A DNA stretch of 64,000 bases from Lingula anatina. Lineage: Eukaryota; Animalia; Brachiopoda. Of the stretch, positions 50,801-64,000 are shown one piece after another. The translations under genes and the position numbers were made by a program. The notes below the pieces were generated by a model. The model worked only from the letters and a program-made list of their open reading frames with translations, did not search any database and was not told the DNA's origin. Positions within the stretch are counted from its first letter, which is position 1. Every line of letters begins with the position of its first letter. The DNA is taken from the NCBI GenBank assembly GCA_051362555.1, contig CM120646.1, positions 6,634,001 to 6,698,000 of the forward strand. The letters are read 5' to 3'.

Positions 50801-53800
50801 TTTAGCTACAAAATGCTCTTGTTAGTTAGAGAGATTTCTCCTGTTGCTGCCAATTAATCCCGTTTAATTTGAAATAACCAAACAGTAATTTTATCTACGT
50901 AACTAGTTCTGTTTATTTACCAGTTCACCCTGACACAACGTAAAACATTTGCGGTTTCCATTGCGTGTGTATTGATATAAACAAAATGTCAACAAAATAG
51001 ACTCATTGTAATGCGCTGCTCTCAAATATCCACTCTTGTACACCATGTGAAGTACTATCAACAAAATGTCAACACAAATAAAACAACACCTGATACCTTA
51101 TATGTAAAATACCAAACTGGAAAACATGGGAAGGGTTATAAACAAATGTCAAATAGAAACAAAACGAGCAGCTTGGTAAGGGTAGATAAGCAAAACGTGC
51201 ATAAAATGGCATAGCATTAAACATGCTTATGACCCTATTTAGGGACAAAATTGGTGCTATTAGAGAAATAATTTGTTAGAGTCAAATACACCGCAGCTGT
51301 GTCGTTTATGTATATTTCATTTAGATCGAATATAGCTAAGGTTGAATCCTCATACGGATGTAATATAGTAGAAACGCCACTTGTGATGCAATCGAAGATT
51401 TGGTACACAGCGAGACCTTTCAAGCAGTGCGAGCAAAACGTGTCAAGATTGACGGTAAAGAAGCCATAAGTTAGAATCACGGTATGGCACGCTAAAGCTG
51501 TAGACAGCTTAGAATTTTTAATGTATAGATCTGAAAGAATATTCAGTCAAGAGCGATCGTAAAAAATGATATAGCTAATCAACGTAATTTTTAGAAGTCT
51601 GTCATTAAGGACAGCCCGTGTATGTTTTTTTAGAAGAAAATCTTATTGCACTAGTAACTGAGAATTCATACTGGTTTCTCCTATTGCTCGATATCCCGAT
51701 TACTTTTTTTTCTAATTGAGTTCATTCCAACGTATTCACCGCCCCCGTTAAGCAAAACAAAGTGCCAAAGGAAATAAAAACAAAAAGTCAAGTATCACAA
51801 GTGACCTCAGTCAGAAAATGGTAAACTAAAAGTCAGGCAAATTTAAACAAACATGGCAAATACCATCCGCAAACGCAACGACTCGTGAAATTAACTTTGC
51901 GGAGCAATACGCTGAAGTGATTAGTTCCTTTCGAAATACTAATAGTAAGGAGGGGGTTATACTGTACTTCTCAAGTTAGATACATTTATTTAGCATGTGG
52001 TAATGTTTGATAAAATCCGATAACCCAATAACATCGACTAAAAAGTATAACTTATTTTGCAATACCTACTCTGAAAGTAAGGGTCACTGTTACTTCAAGG
52101 CTGTTACTTCATAATGGAAAGTAATTTCAAAACCCCTAGCCATGTTGCTTTCGTATTTTTTTATCAAAAAACAAATTTGTATAATATCCTAAGGAACAAA
52201 TTAAAACGAGTGATTAGCAAATGGATGACGCATTAATTTTTCACAGTGAGACAAAACCTTGCGTAAGTTTTGTAATTTGGACATTTGAATCACATTTGTG
52301 TGGTGTTTAGATTACGTTTCTATTTGATAGACACGCCGTCATATTGCCCCGCCTTGGGACCTTAGTAAAATGAAATGACACAGGCCTAGCCTTCAGACAT
52401 TTCAATTGCAAATAACAACATCGGTAATGGTGGGATCAAAGGTCTCCAAAAATAAAGCAAAGCAATTCGAGGCACCGCTGATTGACATTCAAAGCTTGGC
52501 GTAAGCATTGAGAAATCGATCTTTTTTTCTGGCATCTTCTATTCAGTAACTTTGCGGCGATTGAATTTAAGCCCTCTTCTCGATATACATTTGACTTCTC
52601 CTGCGTCATGCACCTCGCCTGGTAAGCTGCTACACCATCGGTTTTTTTTATTTTTTCGACTTGACCTTAAGACGCATCCCTGTTAGGAAAAGCACCTATG
52701 TGTGCAGTGCCCATCTGTCGTATATTTCAAAATGACCCGTTTAATTTTTTTTTTTTTTTGTAATATCCACCAAATACACACCTTTTGATGGATTTGCTAT
52801 TGTGATGCTCTGAATATGAAAATGACTTCAAATATATGGTGCATATATAGTATGTAATATTTCTGTTTTAATTATTGTTAAATTTGAAGGGTTGTGTGCT
52901 TCGAATAACTCGGATCATGAAAAAGGGAAATATTTAAAAGATAAACATCAAACATTCTTAGTAGATCTGTAATAGATGTAACAGGGTGATAGGTAAAAAG
53001 ATGAGTGTTAGACGAAATAATTAATTGAAATCACAATTAAAAATAACAATAATAATATATAATGATAATAATGAATATATTATCGTTTGAAACCCAGATT
53101 CCCACAGAAGCAAAACCAATCTCTACCAAATTACTGCGTCCATTTTAGATACCGAAGAGCAAAAGTAATGATATGATGTCGAAAATAAAGAAAAAGTCTT
53201 TGTATTGAATTTTCCCTCACACTAGCAAATTGAGCATTGCATATTATACCAAGTAAAAATAACCCATTCAGCGATCTCAGAGTAAAATATGTAATCAAAA
53301 TGTCTTGAAGGCCTTCATTGATTCAACAATACAAGAATGTTGGTATAGTTTACAATATATACAATTCTTGTACACAACCGTTGATATTATGGTTGAGGAG
53401 AAGAAGGACATTTTGATTTCCACTATGCATAAAGATGGCCTCGTGTCCCCAGAGAGTAGAAATAACGTGGATAAAGTGAGTCCCACGAGTTACAAACAAG
53501 CCTCTCTGTGCTTCACTTGCTGTAAACATTAATATCGAGTCTCTGTTTTAATCAAGCTAAAAGTCTCTCGTTGTAGGCGCAAGTGGGAATTTAAAGCACA
53601 AGCGTAGCTGTTAAATTGTTTAAAGCCAAGTCGTCTGATCCACCTCAAGGTGAGCCAATAGAAAGCACCAGCTCATCAAGTCGGCTAACACGTAGGGGAG
53701 TTGAATTCAATTGTCTTTTCCGAACACTTTGAATAACCATATTAAGGATGCGGGAAAATGGTTTGGAAAAGACGGATCATCTTTTCGGAATTGCAGTGAA

Positions 53801-56800
53801 GGTGTTTAGTTACAAAATCTAAGACATTGTGATTGACCATTGGCGATGCAGATTTCAAAAAGAGATCAGGTGAATCGGATAGGTGAGGCACCAAACATAT
53901 GTTTGTGTTATGATACCTTACGCCTTGCGTTTTAAAAAGTACAACTTCCCAGAGCAGCGTTGGAATTGGTCTTCGAAAAAATCGCAAAAGCCTTTAAAGC
54001 ATTTCTTACAGAGATAGATCTATGCTGGTGATACATTAAGTGCCTTTTCTTTACAGCACGTTAAATGGTATGAATGTAAGTATTCCGTAACAAATCTATA
54101 CACGTAGGTCTTTACAATATTTCGTATTGTTTGACATGAATGCGGATTTTAGCTCTAACGCAAGCTTTCAGGGTGTTCATTTAAGTTCCACTTTTTGTTT
54201 GCTTATCAACAATTTGCGTTTCCGTAGCGTTGCAGTACACTTTACTGAGACCGGATTACTACGCTGACAGATGGTGGAGATTTCTGAACCAAGCCGACAA
54301 AACGCGGGATATCTTTTGAAACAACTGTAGACCATTTTGTACTTGAGACGCGTTTTAATTAATGCAGGATAAAGGTTTTCTGTCTAATTTCAGATCTGAA
54401 TCAATATTGAGCTTCGACGAAGAACAAATATAGTATAGTAAGTATATGTTTAGACCTCATGTTTTAATCTGTTGAAATATAACTAAAATTTGAATGTATA
54501 TAATGAAAAGTTAAGCAAGTCGTTTTGTATTATTCATACTCTGTTACAATCATACTGCATACTGTGAATCATCTAATTTGCCTGTAAAACAAGTAACTCA
54601 CATTTGTATAAGAATTACAAGTCCCTTGGAACAGAATGAGTGTCCTTGAAAAGCACTGTTCAGAGTCCAAATAAATAGATAACATCATTAGCTGATCAGG
54701 TCTATAGATATCAATATACAGGTACGTGTATCTAAAAACCCATTTTAATTACAGGTGGTTTAGACAACAAATCAGATGACTTGTCCTGTCGAAGATCAAC
54801 AAACCACAAAATCCTTTGGATGGTTTCAATCAACATCAATCAATAATATATAGGCAAACTGATAGATTTTTGCCCATTTCCCACAACGTTCTGGAGTTAG
54901 AACAAGAAGTAAGTTTATTGCCATCCTGTTCATCGTTTTGACGAAAAAACTTTGATTAAAACCATTGTCAAAATGTAAATAAGGTAACTGCACAGGTATC
55001 TTCATAAGTATTACATTTCATGCTGATAATAAGTTTTCTTTTTCAAAAAAGTCTTAAAACGTATAACAAAATAGGTTTTATTTATTACACATGAGTGTTC
55101 ATTTTCGATGTTTGTCAAACACGTTCACCAGAACATTGGCAAACGTTATTGCTGCAAGCACAATTCTCTCACCTATTTTTGGCATGTCGGGGCCAAATGT
55201 TGAATGGCTTTTTACAAATGACAAGAGCATCAACATTTATTTCTGTCCTTGTCAGTCTTTACGTGTATAGACATAGATCTACGTCATATTATAGTAAATA
55301 AAACCTAGTATGTCTCGGTTAGAAACGGTGGTTGATAGCAGGGGGACACCCCAAATACTCTTGACAAGTAGAAATAATTCAAAACATATGTACACAATAG
55401 GATACGCAAAGTGTTAAGTAGGCATCAATGTTTGACGTTTTGCTCATTAAACTACTTTGTTTATAATGTACATGTTCATAAGAAATAGAAGTTAAGTATA
55501 TATACAGTGTATATATGATAAATTTTCAGTTAAACTTTTGCCACGCATTGCATATTCACGATATGTTTATCTAATTATTGTTTCATATTTTAATTTTAAA
55601 CCTCGTGCAGTGAATATTCAATGAAACTCAAGAGAGAGTCTTTTTAATATGTTTAATTTATTCATGCATATTTTATGTCGACACTAAAACCATAACCAGA
55701 GAGAATGTGTTCAGAAATAGAACATCCTGGAGGCGTATGCATATGTGTTTGACACAATAGATATACTCTGTATTTATTTAGATAAGATAGCCCTTTCATG
55801 ACAAATATATTATATAAAATAAGGAAACACCCGGTAACAGATGCAATGTTAATTGATTTTGAAAAATCTAAAAGTAATGATATTTTAAAATGACTGTCCC
55901 TTCACCTGCCGATTTCTATTCTCAAAATGGGGACACAAATTGTTTTTTTTACAAATTAACTTCAGAAAGCGTATTATTTCTCCTTAAAAGTCTTACTTGG
56001 GCTACTCTGTTTTAGGAATATGACACATATATTAGCTAAAAACGAGAAACACTAGTCAGAAAAACGTCAGTGTAAAATAAGAAGATGCAGTGGTACTTTG
56101 ACTATGTGATCAATTCAGAAAGCAACAGAAAAGTACTGTCTTTCATAATTTTCTGTATTATTGCTCATGATACCGCCTGCGATTGCACTTTCTTTTTCTT
56201 TAGAAGATGAACTTGCACTAGTTCCAACGTTCGCAAAAAAAAAAAAAAAAAAAAAAAAAAACAGAGAGAGAGAACGCAATCTCAGACGCATTTTGCATAG
56301 TCTATCTACATTTGACCCGGTGCTTTTCTTTTCAATAAATGTCAAGGAAAACGGTATCAAATTAAACAGTTGGACAACCCAAGAAGAAAGGTCAACCCTC
56401 CACGTTAAATCAAATAACGGTATAAAAGCGCGAACTGCAACACCAAGAGGCGGGAAGCCGCGTGCAGTTGCAATAAGGGGCAACTGAAAAAGTCAATAGA
56501 TCAAGTCAGTGAAATTATTTCTACTTCTAGTTCATTGATCTGCAAATCGATTTTGCAGAAAGCGGGTCATAAATGCGAAATGAGCTTTCTAGTCTGGGGA
56601 TGTCGAAAAAATTGGAATTTTGCTGGGGGATATTTCTTCTTTTATGAGATAGAAAAAGGGATTGCTATTTAGGTTGAGTGCAATCGAACTAGTAAAAAGG
56701 TGTTTTTTCCTAATCGTGGAATAACAATTCTAAAATTGTGGAGATTCACCATTAACAAACAGTTTGCTCAGTCAAAAGATAAGGAAATTGCTTGTTTTGT

Positions 56801-58700
56801 TTTTCACACCACTTTATGTTGTGTTTATTCTTTTATTCAAAATGGTTTTCTGTCCTATCAAGTAAAGACCGGGATTAGAATGATATAAAAAAATATGTAC
56901 ATTGAGATACGTCATATCCATAGCCAGATCTTATATGGCAATTCTAATACCAAGACATTTATCCCCGTCATACTATGAGAAAACCCACGCATTTCTTCAT
57001 TTTAAATTAAAAAAATATAAAAAATTGAATAAACAAAAAAAAGTTGAGGTAAGGTACAGTATTACATGGTCGTCGTCGACAAAGAAATTTCAACTGAGCC
57101 CTGAAGTCAAGTCATGTTTATACATTCCAAAGATAAGCCACTTGGCGTGAGAGGAATGAGAAAAAAAAATATTCTAGACTAGTTCACAACTCATTCTCTC
57201 ATGTGCTGCCAAAGTTGTTCTTTATGAATGGAGGTCGCAGTTTGAGTTGGGACCTCGTGTGGAGAATTGCATCTTTTTAAACAGCAGGTTTTCATGATGG
57301 GTTGTTGTAGTAAGAAGATTGATGACTCTCTATATCTAAGAGAAAACCATGGACATATTTCACTTCAGCCAACTATATACATGGCATTCACGCTTCTGCT
57401 CTACGGAACGTCCCACTTCTTCGATTTAAGACTAAATGGCCATTTATGGGGAGGAAAATTGGCATGATTACACTGAAAGCCTTTCTCTGAAACACTTTCG
57501 TTTGTTTATTAATCAAATTATTTCAAATGGACTTCTAATCTTATGATATTGCAGTTATAGGCACTTAAAAGGTATTTTCCTCGCGTGTATAGGTTTTATT
57601 TACGTGTTACTCGTACATCTATTGGCGAAATAATGCAATTTTGTCTCAGAAGACTATATTTTACTAATCTTCTTGATGCAAACATCGAATCTTAAACTGT
57701 GTCAACAAATATAAATTTGGTTTGATACCGAGAGCGAATGGTCAGAATACATTTCAATTTCAAAAAAATGAATTTGTGAGTGACACTTACATTAAAGGTA
57801 TACAGAAATTTTATTGTGGGCATCAGCAAATAAATAAAATATGAAAGTAAAATAGATACAATAATGGCCTAATAAATAAGCAATGCATGGGCTTCATGAA
57901 ATCGGTTGAATTTTTATTTGTCCTATTTCATATAGACATAACATGTGCGTATATTCTCGGAGGAATGCTGCACACTTTTTAAATGATGATAGTATACCCT
58001 GCTGAATATTATCATATTTGAGGAGAGGTAAAAATGAAAAAAAAAAATTTAAATGGGTGTCATTGTACCCTATGTCGTGCATCGGAATTGTACATTCACA
58101 TAAGAACACGACAAAAAGATGGTGGGTTAGAACTAAAAAGCGTTTCGAACAACATCTCAATTGAGATGATAAGAGACAAAAGACATTGATTTGTAGTCTT
58201 TTGTCCTAATTACTATGTTATTTTACAGCCTCTTCTTAACTTATATGTTTAACCTAGAGTATTTAAAATGAAATTTTGATAATAGACCTCATAATTCTGC
58301 CTTCAACCCTGTATAGCGACTTTGATATTCCTAGGCGTTGTACTCTGCTAATATAATCCACCTATATATAATAGAGTTATGATAATGCTTGATTTTAAGG
58401 AACAGATAATTGCTGTATTATTTCTATAATTTATATAAAGTAGTTAAGTAGGTTTGGTAGACACTGCAACTGATAATCTCAATTCATAAATAAATAGATA
58501 CATTTTATATCAAGGACAAATTGCACTAGTATAAAAACAAAGCAGTGCTTGCGTGGTTACTTAGGTTTTAGGTAAGATACGGTAGCCCTTCGCTGACCAA
58601 AGGCACTGGAGGGAAAAATAATTCCAAATTTGACGGTTAGGTTACGAAATTAAGCAAATTAAAATTTTTATGTATTCTTTATTTATAAACTCTCTTTCTT

Positions 58701-58704
<4 letters not shown>

Positions 58705-58740
<36 letters not shown>
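58705..58740. repeat. (CT)n microsatellite
   Basis: Direct reading. Confidence 0.9.
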
Positions 58741-58742
<2 letters not shown>

Positions 58743-59628
58743 CTTGTGTGGTGTGTGCGTACTAAAGAAATATTTTTCACCACACCTGTAAATTCCCACA
58801 TAGATGTGAACGCCAATGACAAGACCACCTGTTTTTAAAACACGTTTTCTGTGAAATTAACCCTAATTACAAGATGGTATGACCAAACACAGTCTGTTCT
58901 ATTTTCCACAAACGTTTTATTCCGTCCCATATTGTTCAAGTGCAATTAAACGTTTAGTACTAGTTTGTGATTAAAACCGCGTGGCTATTTTAAAATCATT
59001 GAGAAAATGACAAATAATTATTGACATAAATAGCGAATATCTGACCATTGACAAAAAAAGCAAATATCTGAACATATGTAAGTGCTTTCCACACATATTT
59101 TAACACAACTAGCAAATTTATCCAGTTTAAAGAAAATGTCAATAATGATAACAAAACATTCGCTGTTAGATGGGAAGAAAAAAAAAGAGAAAGGCTCAGT
59201 TCATTTCGTAATTACGTGCCATGGGACGTATTCCTTAATGGAGACCAGGCCGTTCTAGGACACTGAAGCGCTTAGTCTCTCTCCTTTTTTTTCTTAAAGT
59301 GGGGTCGTTTTGCGCTAACTCTTGTACGGCACCTTGTTTGAGTGATAGCTGTATTGTGTGTTTTTCCATCATCCATCACGCGCTACATCTGCCGCGGTGT
59401 TGTGACTATTTATCTTACTTAGGGCGGCTTTAACTTAATATTAGCACCGTCTGCTTCTTAAAGGCTGGTCATAATGCAAAAAGAAGAAAAAAAAAGACAG
59501 AGCCATTTGACACATTTGTGGAGTTTCTGGGACATTCGGGGAAAAACGCGTAAAAGTGTGTTTCGAGAAATGTGTGGCAAAATAGTGAAGGAATACAGCA
59601 AATCATCATCACTGTGACTGGTGTATTC

Positions 59629-59631
<3 letters not shown>

Positions 59632-59686
<55 letters not shown>
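59632..59686. repeat. (GA)n microsatellite
   Basis: Direct reading. Confidence 0.9.
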
Positions 59687-59690
<4 letters not shown>

Positions 59691-59990
59691 TATATAGCCT
59701 TTCTTTCTTACAACCCATAAGTCCAAAATAAAAAAGAAGTGTTTTTTGATTACCTTGAAGCGTTACGTCTCATTTGACTATAAATGATAATTTGCAAAAA
59801 AAAAAAAAAAATGTTCTCTCCAAGTTAAACTGAGCCTCCTCGTACAAGGAGACGGTAAAATGACAACATTATAAACTCGCCTTTTCTCTTAGATGCATGG
59901 TAGTAGGATGCATAGGAATAACAGTAAATCGTAATAAGTAACCTAGCTTTAATGTTGGATAATTTTTCATCGATCACAAATAAGAAACGC

Positions 59991-60024
<34 letters not shown>

Positions 60025-63000
60025 GGCGTACATGTGTAACACATTATCCGAATATTATAAGACCGTAGAAAAATGTAGCTAAAATATTTAATTGCAATTA
60101 TATTGATACGTTTCGGGAAATAGGGCGCTTCAAAACATGAGTAATTTTGACCTCCTTAAAACGAGCAATAGCTACATCGGTACAATGCTTGACAACAAAC
60201 AAGTAACGCATGGATAAGTTTTCGATATCTAGTCGTTGTATGTCACCTCGCCAAGTATATGTGTCAGGGTTTGGTTATAGGCAGTTTGCCGGGCTATGTG
60301 TGAACCGCTGTACACGGATGCGGTAAGCTTTCAAGAAGTAATTGGAGCTGAAATAAAACCCTCCTCTTATTTCACTCCACTCCGTGCTGTCAACAATGAT
60401 GTATGTGCCCTGGTAACAAGATCAATGAATATATACTACACAACAAAAAAAGGAGGGACGCGACGGAATGCTAGCAGTTAAGGGTGTAAATTACTATAAA
60501 TGTTTGTGTCATGTGTACAGTTTTGGCTGTATTTTCTACCTTATAGCATTAGGGTTAAGAATGTTACTTTGAAGCCATGCTTTGAGCATTTTTACACGGT
60601 TGTTTATGTAATTCTGAATTGGAATTAAATGTTTACTTTTTTGCTGAACTGCCTGGTGTACAAAAACGACAGGGAAATCCCACGCGAGGGTTCTCATGTT
60701 TTCTGTTTAACTTGATCGAAATAAATGACATGGTTTTTATTTCAGCTTAAAGTTTACATTACTTTATTTCTTGCTTCATTTTTGTCTACATGTATTACTT
60801 TTAAAATTCATTCTGTCAAGCTGAATTCAATATTTCTTAACTTGATACATTTATTTAAAAATCAGTAGTAAATCGCATTTTATAGAAATACTATCAAAGG
60901 CAAGGAATAATATGTGATGTTTGGGCATTATAGTTAATAAAAATGAACCATAAAACGATATGGCCGACGACAGAAATATGACAATGCCCGTCCATGTAAA
61001 AAAAAATGGAAAAGTCAATTGTCACTCTCTCATTCATCAGCGTCTAGCTGCATATATTTATGAGGAAAACGGAAGGAAAACTCTTTTGCCGGGTAAGGTT
61101 TCCCCGCCTCTCCCGGTATGAAAATAACTGCAGCGTGTTTAAATGCATAGAATTAATGCAAGGGAAAGAGAGGTAGATGTATTTGAAAAGGTCAGGGGGA
61201 TAGGGAGAAGAAGAAAAATACGTGTAGGAGCCACAGTTAGATTTTCTATATGTGCTTGTCTTTATTTTTCATCTTCTGTTTTTCTTCTGTTTTTATTCTG
61301 AGTTATATTTTTTTCGTTCCCAAATATACCGTTTTATTCCATCTAAAATAATCCTCGTCTACTTTATAAAGCTTATTGAACTATTCCACAGTTATATATT
61401 TGTGCTTTATTTGTCAAAATAAAAAAGAAATATATATATGATAATAATTATAATAATATATGGTGGATCAAAGTGTGATTTCATCATATAATTTAAAATT
61501 AAACGATATCTCGTCTCCAAGACCGCCCTACTGTTTTTTCTTGCGTAGCTTGGTAATGCAAGCTTACTTTGTCCCATTTAGGACCTCATTATTTATAAAA
61601 GACCCGCTTAATTTTTCTATATATGTATCAATTTCCGTTGGGCATAAACAATACTCGGCAAATTCCACAACAAAATGAACTATGTCGCGTATTTTGATTC
61701 TATCGTGTATTGAGGAGAAGCTAGGCGCCAAGCTCGGCAATTTAATCTCTCTCTATGCGGGTAATTTTAGAAACTCGTTTTAAGCTTACTACGGAATTTT
61801 AAATAGCGAGACTATTGTTTATTGCAAGACTATTTACACTGAACGTCATAATCAGTGCGTAATATACCTAACCACCGGTAGAAAATAAAGAATGTTTTCC
61901 AGTATTCTTATTACATATACAAGAGGCAGTGACAAGTTGTGACTAGCCCTGTTGGATGCTAAAACAGGGTCTTTTTGTGCACCATCGGTGTGAAAATGAA
62001 GGCATTTCCATACTAAAAAGAAAACCATCTGCAAGCATTCTCCTGCAGAAATACGGACAAAGCAAGCGCTGATATGGGTTTTAGCAAACTGCACCTCGTG
62101 CACTTGCGATATGATACAGAAGACTGTATTCCCTCGTGGGGAAAACCGCTTCAGATGGGTTCTGGCACTGACTTCCGACTCCTCCTACGTGTCAAACGGG
62201 ACTTCTGAAACAACTCTAGGCACGGGCTGACAGAATGCCAAATTTAATCAAAGTGCTTTGAGGGAAGGGTGAGGGAATTCATGTAGGCAAGGCAAATCCT
62301 CCAGTTACGCATATTTGAATTGAAAATGCCAATTGTAACTGCAAGCAGCATTAAAAATCGATGGTTTCTTAGAGTTCGCATCTGATGAAGGTTAAAGTCT
62401 TATTGATTTTGGTCATTTTCCAGAGAATTCCGTGAATAAATAAGCACCCCAGTCAGCCTCTTAAGGAAATGAAAAAACAGAAATAGCATGATCGTGAAAT
62501 TAAATATCTCTTTCTCAATGCTTTTATTTTATTTTTTTCTGCATAGCTCGCGGAAGGCTGAAAATCTGATAAATACATTTCAGTCTCGACGCTTTTCGAA
62601 ATTTTATCCTTTAGACGTTCCCTATCGCAAACTCTTATATGATATTTATATTATATCGAACTTAATCGGGATGTTTACTTTCTTCGTGTTATTCAATTTA
62701 AAATGTGCCAAACATATCAAAGGTCATCTGTAGGGTATCGATATTTTAATCTCAAAAACATGTTACCAAAACCACCACGTACGCTGATATCGCACATAAA
62801 TAAGTAAATAACAACAACAACAACAACAACAAAAACCACAATAATGAATGTCTACGGAATTAATTCGAACAAGAAATTTCAAAAATGTCGCCCGCCAATC
62901 TCTTTATTTAAACATCTGCACCAAGTCTGGCTTTCGCGGTCGCTTCTTCCCAAGTATAGAACACTCCTACAATATAGCAAGCCAGCGCGCTTTCTTTGGC

Positions 63001-63367
63001 CACTTTGATGTCTGCAAATCTCTTCTCCGTACAGATTTTGTTCTTTTTGTGGGAGACAAAGAGTCGTTTTATGGGTAGGCAACACAAAACATGACACTGC
63101 TTATCGATGTCAGTGCAGCGTGAGGCCTACGAATAACAGATGATTTATCGCGAAAAGATGAAGTATAATGAAACTACCCCGCGTCGGCGGGAGGAGCTTA
63201 TCCTGACAGCCATTTAATGAAATGTTATAAATTGTAGAAATACTTTAATTGAATGTTTCAGTGCAGAGATTTTATCTTTATTGGGTATCTGCACGATATG
63301 GGAATGTAAATAGATATTTTTTTGAAAGTTGGCGTATGTTATTTTGATTTATGTATTTTAACAAGGG

Positions 63368-63371
<4 letters not shown>

Positions 63372-63441
<70 letters not shown>
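63372..63441. repeat. Compound (TG)n(AG)n microsatellite
   Basis: Direct reading. Confidence 0.9.
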
Positions 63442-63443
<2 letters not shown>

Positions 63444-64000
63444 AATATAATATACATGTATTTAGATCTTCCAGTCTTCGACATTCTTCATCTATTTCTT
63501 ATCCACCTCCCATGTTGACCTATGTTTGGTGATAATAACGCAGCTTCCCGAACATTACGAAGATTGTTATTTTGCGTGATGCACATTTCTATCTGTTCAC
63601 TCATTCTCGTATGGAATGCCCATGAGCTTTGTCGTGAGAAGGGTAAAAGGAGGGGAATGAACGGATGATGAAAAAATATGAGTATAAAGTGGAAAAAATG
63701 CAATCTCCAACACGTTTGACACCCACACCAACTTGCTGGTCACGCTCGGTTGGCGGCGCACAAGACTTTAAAACGAGGTCATCCTCAAAATGCCGCGTCA
63801 ATCATTATGCTTCATATGAAACGTTCATGACGAATTATTTTCTAATCCTGGCCCAGCTGTTCTTAAACAAGCTGGCGGCGGCCCAGGCATGTTATATTTG
63901 GCCCATAGTTCGTCTAATGTAAAGGTAAGTTCCCTATAACGTGGCCTCGAAGGGAAGGCGTTGTCTTTGGTCAGCTTGGTAATCGCATTGGGTGCCATAC

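Noticed and set aside
56115-56487. Overlapping 108/122-aa ORFs
   Set aside because: Driven by poly-A and (GA)n tracts.
1-64000. Canonical miR-10, miR-993 or other Hox-cluster miRNAs
   Set aside because: I did not find TACCCTGTAGA or GAAGCTCG..TCTACAGGTATC on either strand by eye; they probably lie outside the window.
1-64000. CRISPR arrays, operons, rRNA or tRNA genes
   Set aside because: Intron-containing animal DNA with no repeat-spacer arrays or structural RNA genes seen.

Overview
AT-rich eukaryotic (bilaterian invertebrate, probably lophotrochozoan/mollusc-like) genomic DNA containing one clear protein-coding gene: a paralog-group-3 Hox gene (Hox3) on the + strand. Coding exon 1 (9822/9873-10272) has the MQKxYYD N-terminus and the YPWM hexapeptide. 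The last exon (26776-27317) has a PG3 homeodomain and the C-terminal PKLxHL motif. Inside the 16.5-kb intron I found an in-frame 21-nt microexon (17971-17991) that would lengthen the YPWM-homeodomain linker from 23 to 30 aa. The intron also holds a full-length but inactivated Tc1 (DD34E) transposon with perfect 29-bp TIRs and a composite DR4/DR2 nuclear-receptor element with a TATA box. The predicted 3'UTR carries a 13-nt perfect match to miR-8 (nt 2-14). The remaining ~36 kb downstream has no recognisable CDS: only candidate Hox/Pbx/Meis enhancers, MITEs and microsatellites. Nearly all other ORFs in the supplied track look spurious. Species assignment, neighbouring Hox genes and all regulatory calls are inferences that I could not test without tools.
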